Positions 9,077 through 19,353 of a DNA stretch of 64,000 nucleotides are shown one piece after another. Each line of letters begins with the position of its first letter. The first letter of the stretch is position 1. The notes beneath the pieces were generated by a model. That model worked only from the letters and a program-made list of their open reading frames with translations, did no database searches and was not told the origin of the DNA. Location of the stretch: positions 1 through 64,000 of the IMG/VR virus record IMGVR_UViG_3300037235_000042. One strand, written 5' to 3'. A program made the position numbers and the translations under genes. The stretch comes from a virus.

Positions 9077-12000
9077 ATGACCCTTTTACCAAAACCTTCC
9101 GAATGCCAGTCCTGTGACCTCTACGGCTCCGGGATGGGCTTTTCCAAGCCCGACGGTACGGGAAGTCTTGGGCTCATGGTGATGGCAGAAGCCTTAGGCG
9201 AGGAAGAAGAGAGAGACGGCAAGCCCTTACGCCCGTACGCTCAAAGTGGGGCGATGTTCGAACGGCTGCTCAAAATGTGCCGGTTGTCCCGCGATCAGTT
9301 AGTTATCTATAACACTGTTAATTGCCGTCCTCCGAAGAATTGGTTAGAGAAGGCTCCATGGGAGTTCAGCGCGATCTCCCACTGCCAAGTCCACCGGCAA
9401 CGCGTGATCGACCAGTTCAAGCCTCGGGTCATTCTAGCTCTCGGCAACGTCGCCACTCGGACCCTTACCGGAATGGCCGGGGAGAAACAAGGGGTGATGT
9501 ATTTACGCGGATATGTGCTCCCGGCTCTCCAGGGCCACAGGACGAATAAAAAACCCTGCCCAGACTGTCTGGATCAGGTTAAAAAGGGATGCTTCCTGTG
9601 CGACGGGACCGGCTGGATCGATGAGCAATCGCCCATTTATAGCCAGATCTACGTCGTTCCCACGGTCCATCCTAGTTTCATTCAGCGGGGCAAGAAGAAC
9701 TTCATCCCCGTCGCCACTTACGACATTCAGTTAGCACTCAGAACTTCAGACCTGATCCTCCGTGGTCAGAAGCCAACGAGGAAGTCGGTTCAATACATAA
9801 CTAGGGCGACCCTCGACGAAGCTCGGTCGTTCTATCTCAAGGTTAAAGACAGCCCGAACGTTCTGGTCACCTATGATATCGAGACCCCGAACTCCGCTAC
9901 CGAGGACGAAGATAAACGGGGCTCGATCATGGAAGACGAAGAAGATGAAGACGCTCCAGCGAAGAAATATCCCGAGGACTACTCCCTCTCAGCAGAAGAG
10001 TACGTTATAACCCAGATCCAGTTCTCTATCGCCCCGCAGACCGGGATCGTGTTTCCGTGGGAAGGCGAGTTCATCAAGATTGCCAAACTTATACTAGCCC
10101 TGCCCAACCTGAAAGCTGGCTGGAATTGCTTCGCTAAGAATACGTCTGTACAGATGGCTGACCGTAGTTGGAAACCAATTTGGCAAGTACAGATTGGAGA
10201 CTGGTTATCGTCTGTGAATAGTCAAGGCAAGATTTGTGGCCGTCAGGTTACACGGACGTTTCATGCCCAAGATAGTCGGCCTTGGATACGTGTGCAGGTA
10301 GACGGTGCCTACAATCGGGGAACGGGTAGATGGGGATGTCCTGGTGTTGTTTGTACCTTAGATCATGAATGGTTTTTATCAGATGGTTCTAAACGTATGG
10401 CCTACGCTTTACGTCCGGGAGATAGAGTTATACTACCTTCCCGAGGGTCCGAAGATCTGGTTCATGGGACGTTGCTAGGAGATGGCCACGCCAATCGCAA
10501 CAATTCCTGTCGTTTGCGTTTCTCGCAAACTAATCGGGCTTGGGCTCAGGCGAAGGCAGATAACTTCGGAGGGACAGCCAAACCAGCTAAAATCAGTCGA
10601 GGAGGATATCCTAATAGGAGCACTCCTTGGTGGGCAGAGACAACTATTCCTTCCTACTGGAGAAGGATATTCTATAACGGCAAACAGAAGTTGTGGATAG
10701 CTCCCCCTTCCATGAAGGCTCTAGCAGTTCTTTATGGTGATGATGGTTGGATCAATAAGGGTAAGACAGCTTCTTTCGCGCTGCATTCCTTCAAGCCTCA
10801 ACTAGAAGAAATAAAGGCATGGTTCACAGAACAGTTTGGTTCTTGTGCTATTTTTCGTGAAGGTGAATTACGACTCCATGTAGGAAGCAGTCGAAAGTTT
10901 TTTGAGTCCATTGCGTGTTTCTTGCACCCAAGCGTTCAATACAAGCTTCCGGTCGAATTCCAAGGTCGCTATAACAATTGGCTCAAGGAACAAGTTCCTC
11001 AAATTGGAGTTGTGTTAGGTACCGAACCCGTTCGGCCTAGAAAGAAAGAAACTAATCATAAATACTGCCTAGAGGTTGACGACACTCATCGTTTCTTTAC
11101 TCGGGCGGGTCTGGTTTCGAACTGCTGGGATTTTGACGATCCCCGGTTGCGGTCGAACGGTTGCGTTATAAATGGGCCATCGGAAGATCTGATGTGGAAG
11201 TGGCATCACCTGCAACCGGATCTACCAGCCGGACTGCAGTTCGCCTGTTCATTCTTGGGGATGGACTATCCCTGGAAGCATCTAGCGACGATGGGGGATA
11301 TGGGACAGTACGGGTGTGCGGATGTCGATGCTCCGCAGAGGGCTTATCCACTGTTAACCTCTGCGCTGAAGGCCAAGAGGATCGAACGGGGATACGAGAG
11401 ACATATCCGCCGGCTCGCGCCGATCCTGTGGGCAGCAGCGGATCGCGGAATTCCTGTCAACCGGGAGAAGTTGAAGAGTTTTGAGGACAAGATCACCCTC
11501 GCTCAACAGGAACTAGCCGACCAGAAGATCAAACCTAAAGTCCAAGGAATGGACCTCGGCAACGTCGAGCCCAAGGGAGGCTTCAAGCCTACTAACACGG
11601 GGAAGGTTCGCTCGGAAGAGTTGATGTCGCTAATCAACTCCGGCAAAACCTTCGATGAGATCTCGCAGATAGTCCACCGGAATAAAGAAGGCGATTCCTA
11701 CCGTTACCTCCAGAAAGAGTTCGTCGAACCGCAGAAGGTTGATCTGTTCGAGGGGAATTTAGTGTCAGACCCGGTCGCGGCTCCGGTCGTTAGATGGTGT
11801 CGGCAGTTCGACTTCAATCCTGGTTCGGCCAAGCAGATCATGGCCTATATGGCCGCGAAGAAGCATCCCATCCCGACCGCGTGGAAGACGGACAAGCCGA
11901 CTACGGCCAAGGAGGAATTAGAAAGGCTGGCGAAGAAGGTTAAGGATTCGTTCTACACGGATATTCTGGAATATAGAAAATTCGACAAGATGATCTCTAC

Positions 12001-14065
12001 CTATTGTGTAGGATGGCGACCGAAAGAAGACGGTTGCGTTCATACGACGTGGACGTTCCGGCCAGCCATAGGCCAAACCTCTACTACAAATCCGAATATT
12101 CAGAATTGTTTTTCGGACGACACAGAAATTCTGACTAAGCGTGGTTGGGTAATGTTTCCTGACTTATTGGAAACTGACTTGTGTGCTCAATGGACCTATG
12201 GTGGAACTGTCATATTCGGATCTCCGGAACGGGTAATAAGACAGTCCTACAATGGACTATTGCACTATATAACGACTGAAGAACAAATAGATATTGCAGC
12301 AACACCTAAGCATAACTGTTTGTTACAGGATCGTAAGACTAGTCGATTCTTCAGCGTCCCTGCCATAGACTTCAAGGCTGATGCTCGGCAGATTCAAGCT
12401 GGGATATACGTAGGAGGTAACGCTCATTATATTGAGGCCCAAATTGCGCTTATCTGTGCCCTTCAAGCTGATGGTTACGTAATGCCCAAGGTAATCGACA
12501 AGAAGGGCCGATCTCGGGGCTCTGGGGGAGCATACGATTTCTTTTTTGCTAAGGAACGTAAGATTGCTAGATTCGAACGTTGTTTGAATGAACTCAATAT
12601 TCCTTATAGGAAGGTTCAACGCTTCGTTAATACTACTCCCAGAAATCGCCTTCCAGGCATGCGTTTCTATATCGCTCGGAAGGACGTCCCAAGCTGGTGG
12701 CAGGATAAGAAATATTTTGGGCCGTGGATACTTGACTTAACTCGCGAATCTTTGGACTATTTGGCGGAAGAAATTTGGTTCTGGGATGGTTGTTCAGAAC
12801 GTCGAAGTATGTACTCATCTAGTGTTAAATCCAATGCGGATTGGGGCCAGATCATTACTATCCTGTCTAACCGTCGAGCCAAAGTTAGAGTGTACGCAGG
12901 CGAAGGAAATCGCAATGATAACTGGCAAGTTGACGCTAGTCTACATTCCTATTCTCTAACGACTAACTTGAAGAATGAAGCTAGACCCTACAATGGCATG
13001 GTCTACTGCGTAACTATGCCTTCTGGGACCATCATAGTAAGACGTAATGGAAAAGTTGCATTTACTGGAAACTGTCCAACGCATGTCGGCTTGGCTGAGG
13101 AATTCCGCGATTGTATCGAGGCTCCTGCTGGTCATCATATAGTCGAACTGGATTACAAATCGTTCTTCGTCATCACTATGGGGTTTGAGGCGAAAGACGA
13201 ACAGTGGATCCGGATGGGAAGGATGGATATTCATTCCTATCTGGGAGCCTACGCGTTACATCTGCCAGAACGGGACCGGTTGATCTCGATGCCAGATGAT
13301 GAACTACGCGACCGGCTGAGCTGGATCAAGAAGAACTACCAACACGAACGGGATTATAAGTGGAAGCGTGCGGTGCTCGGATATAACAACGGTCTAGGCT
13401 ATCGTAAACTCTACCATCAGCATCAGGAATATTTCTCAGGAGAGAACGAAGCTAAACAACTCCTGCAGACTCTAGACGCACAATTCCCTATCGCCTGTGC
13501 CTGGAGAGAAGAAGTTATCCACCGTGCGCAACGGGATTACAGATTGGTCTCCCGACATGGCTATCACAGATTATTCCATGACGTTCTGGTCTACTGGGGC
13601 CAGGGAAAGATTGAAGACGCTGTTCGCCGAGGAAGGAAAATTCCTCCCGTCTGCAAGATCTGCAAACAACGTCATGAGAACGGAGAAGAAGCTGAACAGG
13701 CTAAGGCGTATTTAGCGGCTAACAACGCGTTCGGTCATATCAAAGACGCTATTATTCGCGCCAGCGATCAGGACGAAGGCCCATGGGATAAGGAACGCTA
13801 TATGGCCTCGTGGCTGGGCCGAGCCGGGTTCTGCAACACCATTCACGACTCTATAGTCTGTATCATGCCTGATTCGTTGATCGATCAGGCTCTCCCGGCG
13901 ATCTATAACGAAATGGTCAAGCCTTCTACTATCTTGGTTAACGAGGTCGCGCCGGATGGGCTGGTATGCGATGTTGAAGCCAAGATCGGTAAGACTTGGA
14001 AGAAGAAAGGGCTAGGGTCGATGGAGACCATTTCCATCCACACCGGCATGAGCGTTACCGTATGA
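9077..14065 (+). CDS. polA: family-4 uracil-DNA glycosylase :: 3'-5' exonuclease :: family A DNA polymerase, with two inteins
   Basis: UDG: CQSC.L, AEALGEEE, NTVNCRPPKN, HPSF; ExoI YDIET, ExoII GWN/CWDFD, ExoIII YGCAD; Pol: FNPGS.KQ, PNIQN, motif A ELDY, motif B K....LG, motif C IHDS. Confidence 0.93.
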   Translation: MTLLPKPSECQSCDLYGSGMGFSKPDGTGSLGLMVMAEALGEEEERDGKPLRPYAQSGAMFERLLKMCRLSRDQLVIYNTVNCRPPKNWLEKAPWEFSAISHCQVHRQRVIDQFKPRVILALGNVATRTLTGMAGEKQGVMYLRGYVLPALQGHRTNKKPCPDCLDQVKKGCFLCDGTGWIDEQSPIYSQIYVVPTVHPSFIQRGKKNFIPVATYDIQLALRTSDLILRGQKPTRKSVQYITRATLDEARSFYLKVKDSPNVLVTYDIETPNSATEDEDKRGSIMEDEEDEDAPAKKYPEDYSLSAEEYVITQIQFSIAPQTGIVFPWEGEFIKIAKLILALPNLKAGWNCFAKNTSVQMADRSWKPIWQVQIGDWLSSVNSQGKICGRQVTRTFHAQDSRPWIRVQVDGAYNRGTGRWGCPGVVCTLDHEWFLSDGSKRMAYALRPGDRVILPSRGSEDLVHGTLLGDGHANRNNSCRLRFSQTNRAWAQAKADNFGGTAKPAKISRGGYPNRSTPWWAETTIPSYWRRIFYNGKQKLWIAPPSMKALAVLYGDDGWINKGKTASFALHSFKPQLEEIKAWFTEQFGSCAIFREGELRLHVGSSRKFFESIACFLHPSVQYKLPVEFQGRYNNWLKEQVPQIGVVLGTEPVRPRKKETNHKYCLEVDDTHRFFTRAGLVSNCWDFDDPRLRSNGCVINGPSEDLMWKWHHLQPDLPAGLQFACSFLGMDYPWKHLATMGDMGQYGCADVDAPQRAYPLLTSALKAKRIERGYERHIRRLAPILWAAADRGIPVNREKLKSFEDKITLAQQELADQKIKPKVQGMDLGNVEPKGGFKPTNTGKVRSEELMSLINSGKTFDEISQIVHRNKEGDSYRYLQKEFVEPQKVDLFEGNLVSDPVAAPVVRWCRQFDFNPGSAKQIMAYMAAKKHPIPTAWKTDKPTTAKEELERLAKKVKDSFYTDILEYRKFDKMISTYCVGWRPKEDGCVHTTWTFRPAIGQTSTTNPNIQNCFSDDTEILTKRGWVMFPDLLETDLCAQWTYGGTVIFGSPERVIRQSYNGLLHYITTEEQIDIAATPKHNCLLQDRKTSRFFSVPAIDFKADARQIQAGIYVGGNAHYIEAQIALICALQADGYVMPKVIDKKGRSRGSGGAYDFFFAKERKIARFERCLNELNIPYRKVQRFVNTTPRNRLPGMRFYIARKDVPSWWQDKKYFGPWILDLTRESLDYLAEEIWFWDGCSERRSMYSSSVKSNADWGQIITILSNRRAKVRVYAGEGNRNDNWQVDASLHSYSLTTNLKNEARPYNGMVYCVTMPSGTIIVRRNGKVAFTGNCPTHVGLAEEFRDCIEAPAGHHIVELDYKSFFVITMGFEAKDEQWIRMGRMDIHSYLGAYALHLPERDRLISMPDDELRDRLSWIKKNYQHERDYKWKRAVLGYNNGLGYRKLYHQHQEYFSGENEAKQLLQTLDAQFPIACAWREEVIHRAQRDYRLVSRHGYHRLFHDVLVYWGQGKIEDAVRRGRKIPPVCKICKQRHENGEEAEQAKAYLAANNAFGHIKDAIIRASDQDEGPWDKERYMASWLGRAGFCNTIHDSIVCIMPDSLIDQALPAIYNEMVKPSTILVNEVAPDGLVCDVEAKIGKTWKKKGLGSMETISIHTGMSVTV
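10127..11122 (+). mobile_element. intein 1 (332 aa) with LAGLIDADG-type endonuclease, in the ExoII motif
   Basis: N|CFAKNT.V.MAD start, TLDH block B, GTLLGDG and LYGDDG, YCLEV..THRFF..GLVSN|C end. Confidence 0.9.
12107..13072 (+). mobile_element. intein 2 (322 aa) with probable LAGLIDADG endonuclease, after PNIQN
   Basis: QN|CFSDDTEILTKRGW start, TPKH, ALQADG, WFWDG, YNGMVYCVTMPSGTIIVRRNGK..TGN|C end. Confidence 0.9.
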
Positions 14066-14322
14066 CTATCGTCCACCCAACCACGTCGAACTGTGAAATC
14101 TGTAACTCCTCTAGCATCCAGATCGCCGTTCATGAGTACGATCAAGGTTGTTCGATTCGGACATTGAACTACTGTGGCCCGATGCATGCTCTGTTGGGCA
14201 TGTTGAAACGCTACGGTAAGTTGATCAAGTGTCAGAGTTCGACCTCGACGGTCAAAGGATATTTGGCGGCGACGACGGCTCTTGAAAAGTTGTCGAAAAG
14301 TTTGGAGCGGGAAATCAAGTGA
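14062..14322 (+). CDS. hypothetical protein (CxxC)
   Basis: ATGA overlap with the polymerase stop. Confidence 0.55.
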   Translation: MTIVHPTTSNCEICNSSSIQIAVHEYDQGCSIRTLNYCGPMHALLGMLKRYGKLIKCQSSTSTVKGYLAATTALEKLSKSLEREIK

Positions 14323-14468
14323 TCTTGGCTATTGTGACCCGAGCCGTCGTGTTTGCGTGTTACGCCTTTGTGGTGACTTATATCCAACAATCTCATGGAT
14401 GGCACGGATTCCTTGCAGGCGCAATCTACGGAGCTGGATTGTCGTTCATAGCTCTAGTTCCTAGATAA
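14319..14468 (+). CDS. small two-helix membrane protein (not in ORF track)
   Basis: GTGA overlap; VILAIVTRAVVFACYAFVV...FLAGAIYGAGLSFIALVPR. Confidence 0.5.
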   Translation: MILAIVTRAVVFACYAFVVTYIQQSHGWHGFLAGAIYGAGLSFIALVPR

Positions 14469-14563
14469 TGATTTGTGGAACCCCAAACTGCGGATCTGAG
14501 TCCAGCGCACTAGTCATGATATAATCAACGGCGTCACATATCCCACGCGATTAGGAGATCGCT

Positions 14564-15340
14564 ATGGACCTGCTTGAACAGGTTGCAACGCCGTCTGAAG
14601 TCCAACCTACCACGAGTTCCAAAGAAATTCCAGAAGGATTTTGTCAGTGTGGTTGTGGAAAGAAAACCCGTATTGCTAAGCACAGCAATAAAGCTTGGGG
14701 ATGGGTTAAGGGAAAGCCTATTAGATATGTTCATGGCCATCAAGGTGTACAAACTGGGCCTGACTACGAAGTTCGCGACTGTGGATATCTCACTCCTTGT
14801 TGGGTCTGGCTGAAGTCCATTGCCAACGGCGGGTACGGAAGAGTTTGGGACTCGGGTACAAAGAAGCACAAACGCGCTCATCGAGTCTACTATGAACGAC
14901 TCAAAGGGCCAATTCCTGAAGGCCTCGGCCCGGATCATCTCTGCCGTAATCCTCCTTGTATAAATCCGGATCATATGCAACTTGTTCCTCAAGCTACTAA
15001 CGTAAGAAGAGGGGCCAAAGCGCATCTCATCATTGATGATGTTGTAAAAATGATTGCTATGAGAAAGAGTGGAATACAGTACAAGGACATAGCGATTCAT
15101 TTTGGACAACCTATATCCTATGTTCAATCTATTTGCAAAGGAAAACGCTGGAAGGGAGTTGTGCCTGATGAAGAACTTATCAAGCCGAAACGACGATTAA
15201 CCGTCGATGCTGTTAGAAAAATAAAACAACTGAAAGCTTCAGGGATGAACAACAAGGATATAGCCGTTCTATGTAGAACCAGCGTTTCGAACGTATATGC
15301 TATCCTTCAAGGGCGTAATTGGGCTCACGTTAAATTATGA
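14564..15340 (+). CDS. free-standing HNH homing endonuclease with two C-terminal HTH repeats
   Basis: CQCGCG, CWVW, GYG, RAHRVYY, DHLCRNPPCINPDH, N..RG; AT-richer. Confidence 0.9.
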   Translation: MDLLEQVATPSEVQPTTSSKEIPEGFCQCGCGKKTRIAKHSNKAWGWVKGKPIRYVHGHQGVQTGPDYEVRDCGYLTPCWVWLKSIANGGYGRVWDSGTKKHKRAHRVYYERLKGPIPEGLGPDHLCRNPPCINPDHMQLVPQATNVRRGAKAHLIIDDVVKMIAMRKSGIQYKDIAIHFGQPISYVQSICKGKRWKGVVPDEELIKPKRRLTVDAVRKIKQLKASGMNNKDIAVLCRTSVSNVYAILQGRNWAHVKL

Positions 15341-16634
15341 TAATTGGAATACCAAACTGTGGGTCGGAGTAGACAGCTGAAGAGAACGGTTCGATCACAT
15401 AATTCAGGTAGGAACATAGACTACAGCAGACGAGTGCCACACTTTTTCCTGTCGTACAATCAAAATCTTCGATTATCAAGGGAAAATCTTGCCAGTGTCC
15501 GCAGCCGCTTACCCAAAGACCAGTAAGTTCAACAAACCATTGGCCAGGTACTGGGTAATTTAGCCAGGGACTATTCTCTTGTTGAGGAAATACTATGGTG
15601 GATGGGCCGCCCGGCTGGCTCCATGCCACGTTATTCCATGTCGGATCGTATTGCAACCCAACCATCCAGTCGTTCACACAGTTGACGATCTGGTTTAGAA
15701 CCGGCGAGGTGCTGGGGTTGTAGGCGGAATCTCCTGAGTAGACCGCGACGACCACATGAGTTCCCATCTTCAACGTCGCGATTGAGTATTGAGCCTGTGA
15801 GATCCCTGTGCTTACAGCGGTCACATTCCGAGGCGCTACGGGCTTCCCGTCGATGCTGAAGGTTACCGTGCCGGTCGGTGAGCCGGTTCCTCCGGGACCG
15901 TTGATTGTAGCGGTAAAGATCACGTTCTGCCCGACGTTCGAGGGGTCGTCGTTGCTGGTTACGGTTGTTGTGGTGGTAGTTAGCGCAGCTGTTTCACTGA
16001 ACACCGATACTGCCGTAGACCCATCATCGGACGGGCTCAAATTGAAGGTAGCTTGTTGCGCTCCATTTACGTTGAGTAAGACTGCGACTCCAGCATTACA
16101 GGTTCCATTCCCAGTATTGCCTGCTAAATTGTCAAGAACCCATGAGGCCGGAGATACACTGGCCACGGTCGCTCCAAATAACCCACCAGTGGCGCACAAA
16201 GAGAAATAGACTGCGTTCTTGTTGCTAGCCGTGGTGTGGGCTGGACCTACGATGCTGGCTATTGCGGTTTCTGATTTGGTACCTGTGCCTTGGAAAGAAG
16301 TGGCAAAAGAAGAACTAGCCGATAGTTCATACACGATAAAGGTAGGAATAGAAATTCCCCCGGAATAGCTGATACTGTTGGCTACTTTGGTGGTGTGGAG
16401 CTGAAATAAATCCAGAACTATTTGCAGGCCACTAGGGCTAAGCGCGTTAACTCCACCAAACTGGGTAACAAACTCCCCTTGATCAGTACTTAGGCTGCTA
16501 ATGAACCCATCATCGCGATAGAGAGATACGATGACCAGCCAGTTTCCTATAGTAGATGGGGTAGAAAGATTGAAAGATCCATTGGAAACGTTACTAGGGT
16601 TGAGAAATATCGTTTTGTGGACTATGGAGATCAA
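15330..16634 (-). CDS. Ig-like (Big_3) domain protein with Cys-rich C-terminus, probably virion-associated
   Basis: TTTTVTS..PSNVGQNVIFTATI...PTGTVTFSIDG...GTHVVVAVYSGDSAY. Confidence 0.75.
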   Translation of the reverse strand: MISIVHKTIFLNPSNVSNGSFNLSTPSTIGNWLVIVSLYRDDGFISSLSTDQGEFVTQFGGVNALSPSGLQIVLDLFQLHTTKVANSISYSGGISIPTFIVYELSASSSFATSFQGTGTKSETAIASIVGPAHTTASNKNAVYFSLCATGGLFGATVASVSPASWVLDNLAGNTGNGTCNAGVAVLLNVNGAQQATFNLSPSDDGSTAVSVFSETAALTTTTTTVTSNDDPSNVGQNVIFTATINGPGGTGSPTGTVTFSIDGKPVAPRNVTAVSTGISQAQYSIATLKMGTHVVVAVYSGDSAYNPSTSPVLNQIVNCVNDWMVGLQYDPTWNNVAWSQPGGPSTIVFPQQENSPWLNYPVPGQWFVELTGLWVSGCGHWQDFPLIIEDFDCTTGKSVALVCCSLCSYLNYVIEPFSSAVYSDPQFGIPIIII

Positions 16635-16653
16635 TCATTTCACTCTCTTGCCT

Positions 16654-17022
16654 TCAGGCCGAAGTTCCCACCGGGATCGTCGTCGTTGGTTTCGCCGCAG
16701 GTTGTTCGTCCTCGATCCCGCCTATGAACCAGGCGTTGATCCCTTGAAGGATTATTCCGTGGATATAGTCGAACGGTGGCTCTCCGGCGGCTTCGGTCAC
16801 GGTCATCAGAGGTTCAACCAGATCGTTAGGGATCGTGACCAGCATCTTGAGATCCCCGTTCGGGAGACGATGGAATTTATCATCGTCCTTGATCCCGGCT
16901 TGGGCAGCGGCCAGACGGATGGCAGCGACTTTCTCCGGCGTCAGGCTAGCCATAGCAGATCGGATCTGATCGGCGCTTAAGGATTCCAGGATATTCTTCG
17001 GCTTGTCGGAATTGTTCGGCAT
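16654..17022 (-). CDS. hypothetical protein
   Basis: GGAG RBS, operon order. Confidence 0.6.
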   Translation of the reverse strand: MPNNSDKPKNILESLSADQIRSAMASLTPEKVAAIRLAAAQAGIKDDDKFHRLPNGDLKMLVTIPNDLVEPLMTVTEAAGEPPFDYIHGIILQGINAWFIGGIEDEQPAAKPTTTIPVGTSA

Positions 17023-17030
17023 TTTGGCTC

Positions 17031-17375
17031 CTATTTAGTTGTGGCCGGGGGAACGGTTGGGGTTGTGGTCGTGGACGACGAGGGAACTTTCGGAGGAACG
17101 GTCGGGGGAGCTGGAGGTAGGGTGGTTACTGGAGCTACCGCCAGAGTCGACGTCGGGATCGGCTTCGCTGGCCCGGTTGGCTCGACTGGCCCGACTGGCG
17201 TCAACTTCTCCTTGGTCATTATTAGCTGATCGTACAGTTCGCGTAGCTTCTCTGTGTTCCCTCCGGCTGTCAGGAGCTGAGGGGCGATCATCTGTATGAC
17301 TACTAGGGCTCCAGCTTCAGAGGACTGAAATTTCCTGACCTCGCGGGCTATATCCGACGACAGCAACTCAGGCAT
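17031..17375 (-). CDS. hypothetical protein with Pro/Thr-rich tail
   Basis: GGAGGAG RBS. Confidence 0.6.
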   Translation of the reverse strand: MPELLSSDIAREVRKFQSSEAGALVVIQMIAPQLLTAGGNTEKLRELYDQLIMTKEKLTPVGPVEPTGPAKPIPTSTLAVAPVTTLPPAPPTVPPKVPSSSTTTTPTVPPATTK

Positions 17376-17378
17376 AGG

Positions 17379-17606
17379 TTATCTCCTCCGGGTTCGAGAA
17401 CGTTTGACTTTATTTCTCTTCGACATCTTACCACGGTTGGACATTCCTGCTTCAGAAAGTGCAATCGCCTGAGCTTGTGCACGAGATTGCACGACTGGCC
17501 CATGCTTCGACCCGCTGTGAAGAGTTCCACGTTTAAACTTTCCCATCTCCTCGTGAACGCGTTGACGCTTGGCCCTTTTAGACGCATTTCTCGATAGTCT
17601 AGGCAT
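17379..17606 (-). CDS. DUF6496-like small basic protein
   Basis: EMGKFKRGTLHSGS..GPVV.SRAQAQAIALSEAG. Confidence 0.75.
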   Translation of the reverse strand: MPRLSRNASKRAKRQRVHEEMGKFKRGTLHSGSKHGPVVQSRAQAQAIALSEAGMSNRGKMSKRNKVKRSRTRRR

Positions 17607-18012
17607 CGAAATAACTCCCGAAACTGAACTGAGGATCGACCTTCAGCTCCCGCGTTACATTCCCTACCCAGTTCTGCCAATCCCCGGCCCATTTCTGTCC
17701 GAGTTCCATCCACGTCATCTCCGGCGAGTAGATACTCGACCTTCCTTGGACGATCCGGTTTAGTTTATCGTATAACCACTGCCAGCCGATCTCGGGCGAA
17801 GGGAAATGGGTGACGTTCGAACCAGAGTGAGGTTCGCCGCCGAAGGTCATGTAGCCGTCGGAGATATCGCCGGGGTTGTTCAGACGGAAGGGGTTGGAGT
17901 CTGGTTGGTCGTAGCCCTCCGCACGAGCTACGGCATGAGCTACTTCCCATATCTTGGCGTTAGGCCGATCTGGACTAGCCAGCGGCCACGTAGTTGGATC
18001 ACTGGTTATCAT
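17599..18012 (-). CDS. putative lysozyme-fold endolysin/virion hydrolase
   Basis: AVARAEGY...RLNNPGDI...F.SPE.GW; ATGA coupling with the upstream gene. Confidence 0.6.
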   Translation of the reverse strand: MITSDPTTWPLASPDRPNAKIWEVAHAVARAEGYDQPDSNPFRLNNPGDISDGYMTFGGEPHSGSNVTHFPSPEIGWQWLYDKLNRIVQGRSSIYSPEMTWMELGQKWAGDWQNWVGNVTRELKVDPQFSFGSYFDA

Positions 18013-18482
18013 TTCGCATCTGCCGCCGTAATCCTCTGTTTCAAGCAAGGACTCAACCTCGCATGACAGGGCCAGAAGTGTTCAAGCGGCTGTCCCCACA
18101 TCGCCAATAGAGGACTACCTACCTGATCGAACGCCCAGAACACCAGCACCGAACAGATGAAATGGTTAGCCGTACACCAGTCCCGGCCCAAGGCGATCCC
18201 TAGAATATCCAGTTCGTCATAGGGTCGGCCTAGTTGCGTTAAAGCTTTCTGGAACGCGGCCTGCATCACAGTTGGATCCTGATGATCAAGCAACAGGTTG
18301 ATCGTTTGGTGCTGGCTTACAGGTCGCCACGTCACTCCCTTCCCGTCGGCCATGGCGCTGAACGTCTGTCCGTTGTCGAGGTTATAGAACCCGATATGCG
18401 AGTCGATGCTGTCGCACTTCGCCCGGATCAGGACGCTGATTGGGTCGAACTCTTCGGTCGAAGTGAAGATGCAGATGTTCAT
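18009..18482 (-). CDS. permuted papain-like NlpC/P60 (YiiX/YebB-like) peptidase/amidase
   Basis: His before Cys: SHIGF ... QLGRPYD ... FICSVLV. Confidence 0.75.
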   Translation of the reverse strand: MNICIFTSTEEFDPISVLIRAKCDSIDSHIGFYNLDNGQTFSAMADGKGVTWRPVSQHQTINLLLDHQDPTVMQAAFQKALTQLGRPYDELDILGIALGRDWCTANHFICSVLVFWAFDQVGSPLLAMWGQPLEHFWPCHARLSPCLKQRITAADAK

Positions 18483-19213
18483 ACCAGACTTAGATTGTTG
18501 ACCGCTACGGAAAGCGGCGTGTTTCCCGTGTCCGCACTCGTATACGGCTGCACTTGGATAATCATCTGGTTCCGTGTCCAGTTGTGGGGCAGCGCCTTGA
18601 AGTTCTGATTGATCTGGTAAACATTCGAGCCGATCTGTATCGAGACGACCCCGAACATTTCCTCCTCGAAGTTAAGGTTCATCACCGTGGAGCGTGGAAC
18701 CCAGACTCCAGCCGGGAATGGTGCCGTCACCCGCTGCTTGGTGTCTGCCCAATTCCCGTTGGCATCACTGACAACCACAGCGTTGTCTGGGGCCACGTCA
18801 GGATAATGCTTTACGTAGGCCGTGCTGCAATTCTCTCCGAATCCGTTTCCGTCCGTGTTTCGAGCGTCAAGCTCGTGCATTCCATCCGGCCCTTCGAGGT
18901 ACATGTAGTCGCAGGAGAGAACATGCTGGCCGCTTTTCCATCCAGCAGTAGAGACAGCCAAGTACCACAGCCCGGTCGCCTTATAAGGTCCGGTGATCGA
19001 GAATAACTGCGAGCCGTCCTTCTGCTGACTTGTGGCATGGGACCGGGTAGCGACTCCGCCGATCCCGTTCGTACCTCCATCGTGATAGTTCCATGTCCCC
19101 TGTTGAAGCTGTTGGCCTTCGTTGATCGAAAAGCAAACCGGAACAGGCATTAGCGTCACCTGTTTCCCCGCGCTAACTGCGGCCATCGCTGTACCTAGGT
19201 CATTGGTGTTCAT
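18479..19213 (-). CDS. hypothetical beta-rich protein (possible lectin/ConA-like fold)
   Basis: 244 aa, AAGGAG RBS, coupled genes. Confidence 0.6.
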   Translation of the reverse strand: MNTNDLGTAMAAVSAGKQVTLMPVPVCFSINEGQQLQQGTWNYHDGGTNGIGGVATRSHATSQQKDGSQLFSITGPYKATGLWYLAVSTAGWKSGQHVLSCDYMYLEGPDGMHELDARNTDGNGFGENCSTAYVKHYPDVAPDNAVVVSDANGNWADTKQRVTAPFPAGVWVPRSTVMNLNFEEEMFGVVSIQIGSNVYQINQNFKALPHNWTRNQMIIQVQPYTSADTGNTPLSVAVNNLSLV

Positions 19214-19353
19214 TCATTCTCCTTTAACTTCTGCAGCCTGATCTCTAGTTCCTCGATCCGGTGTTCACAATACTTCCTGATCCCGCTGTCGGTAATATCC
19301 TTGAGATATTCCGTTAACTCAGCCAACTCCAACTTGATCTCTTCGACGTTCAT
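19210..19353 (-). CDS. small coiled-coil protein (47 aa, not in ORF track)
   Basis: ATGA overlaps on both sides; MNVEEIKLELAELTEYL... Confidence 0.55.
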   Translation of the reverse strand: MNVEEIKLELAELTEYLKDITDSGIRKYCEHRIEELEIRLQKLKENE

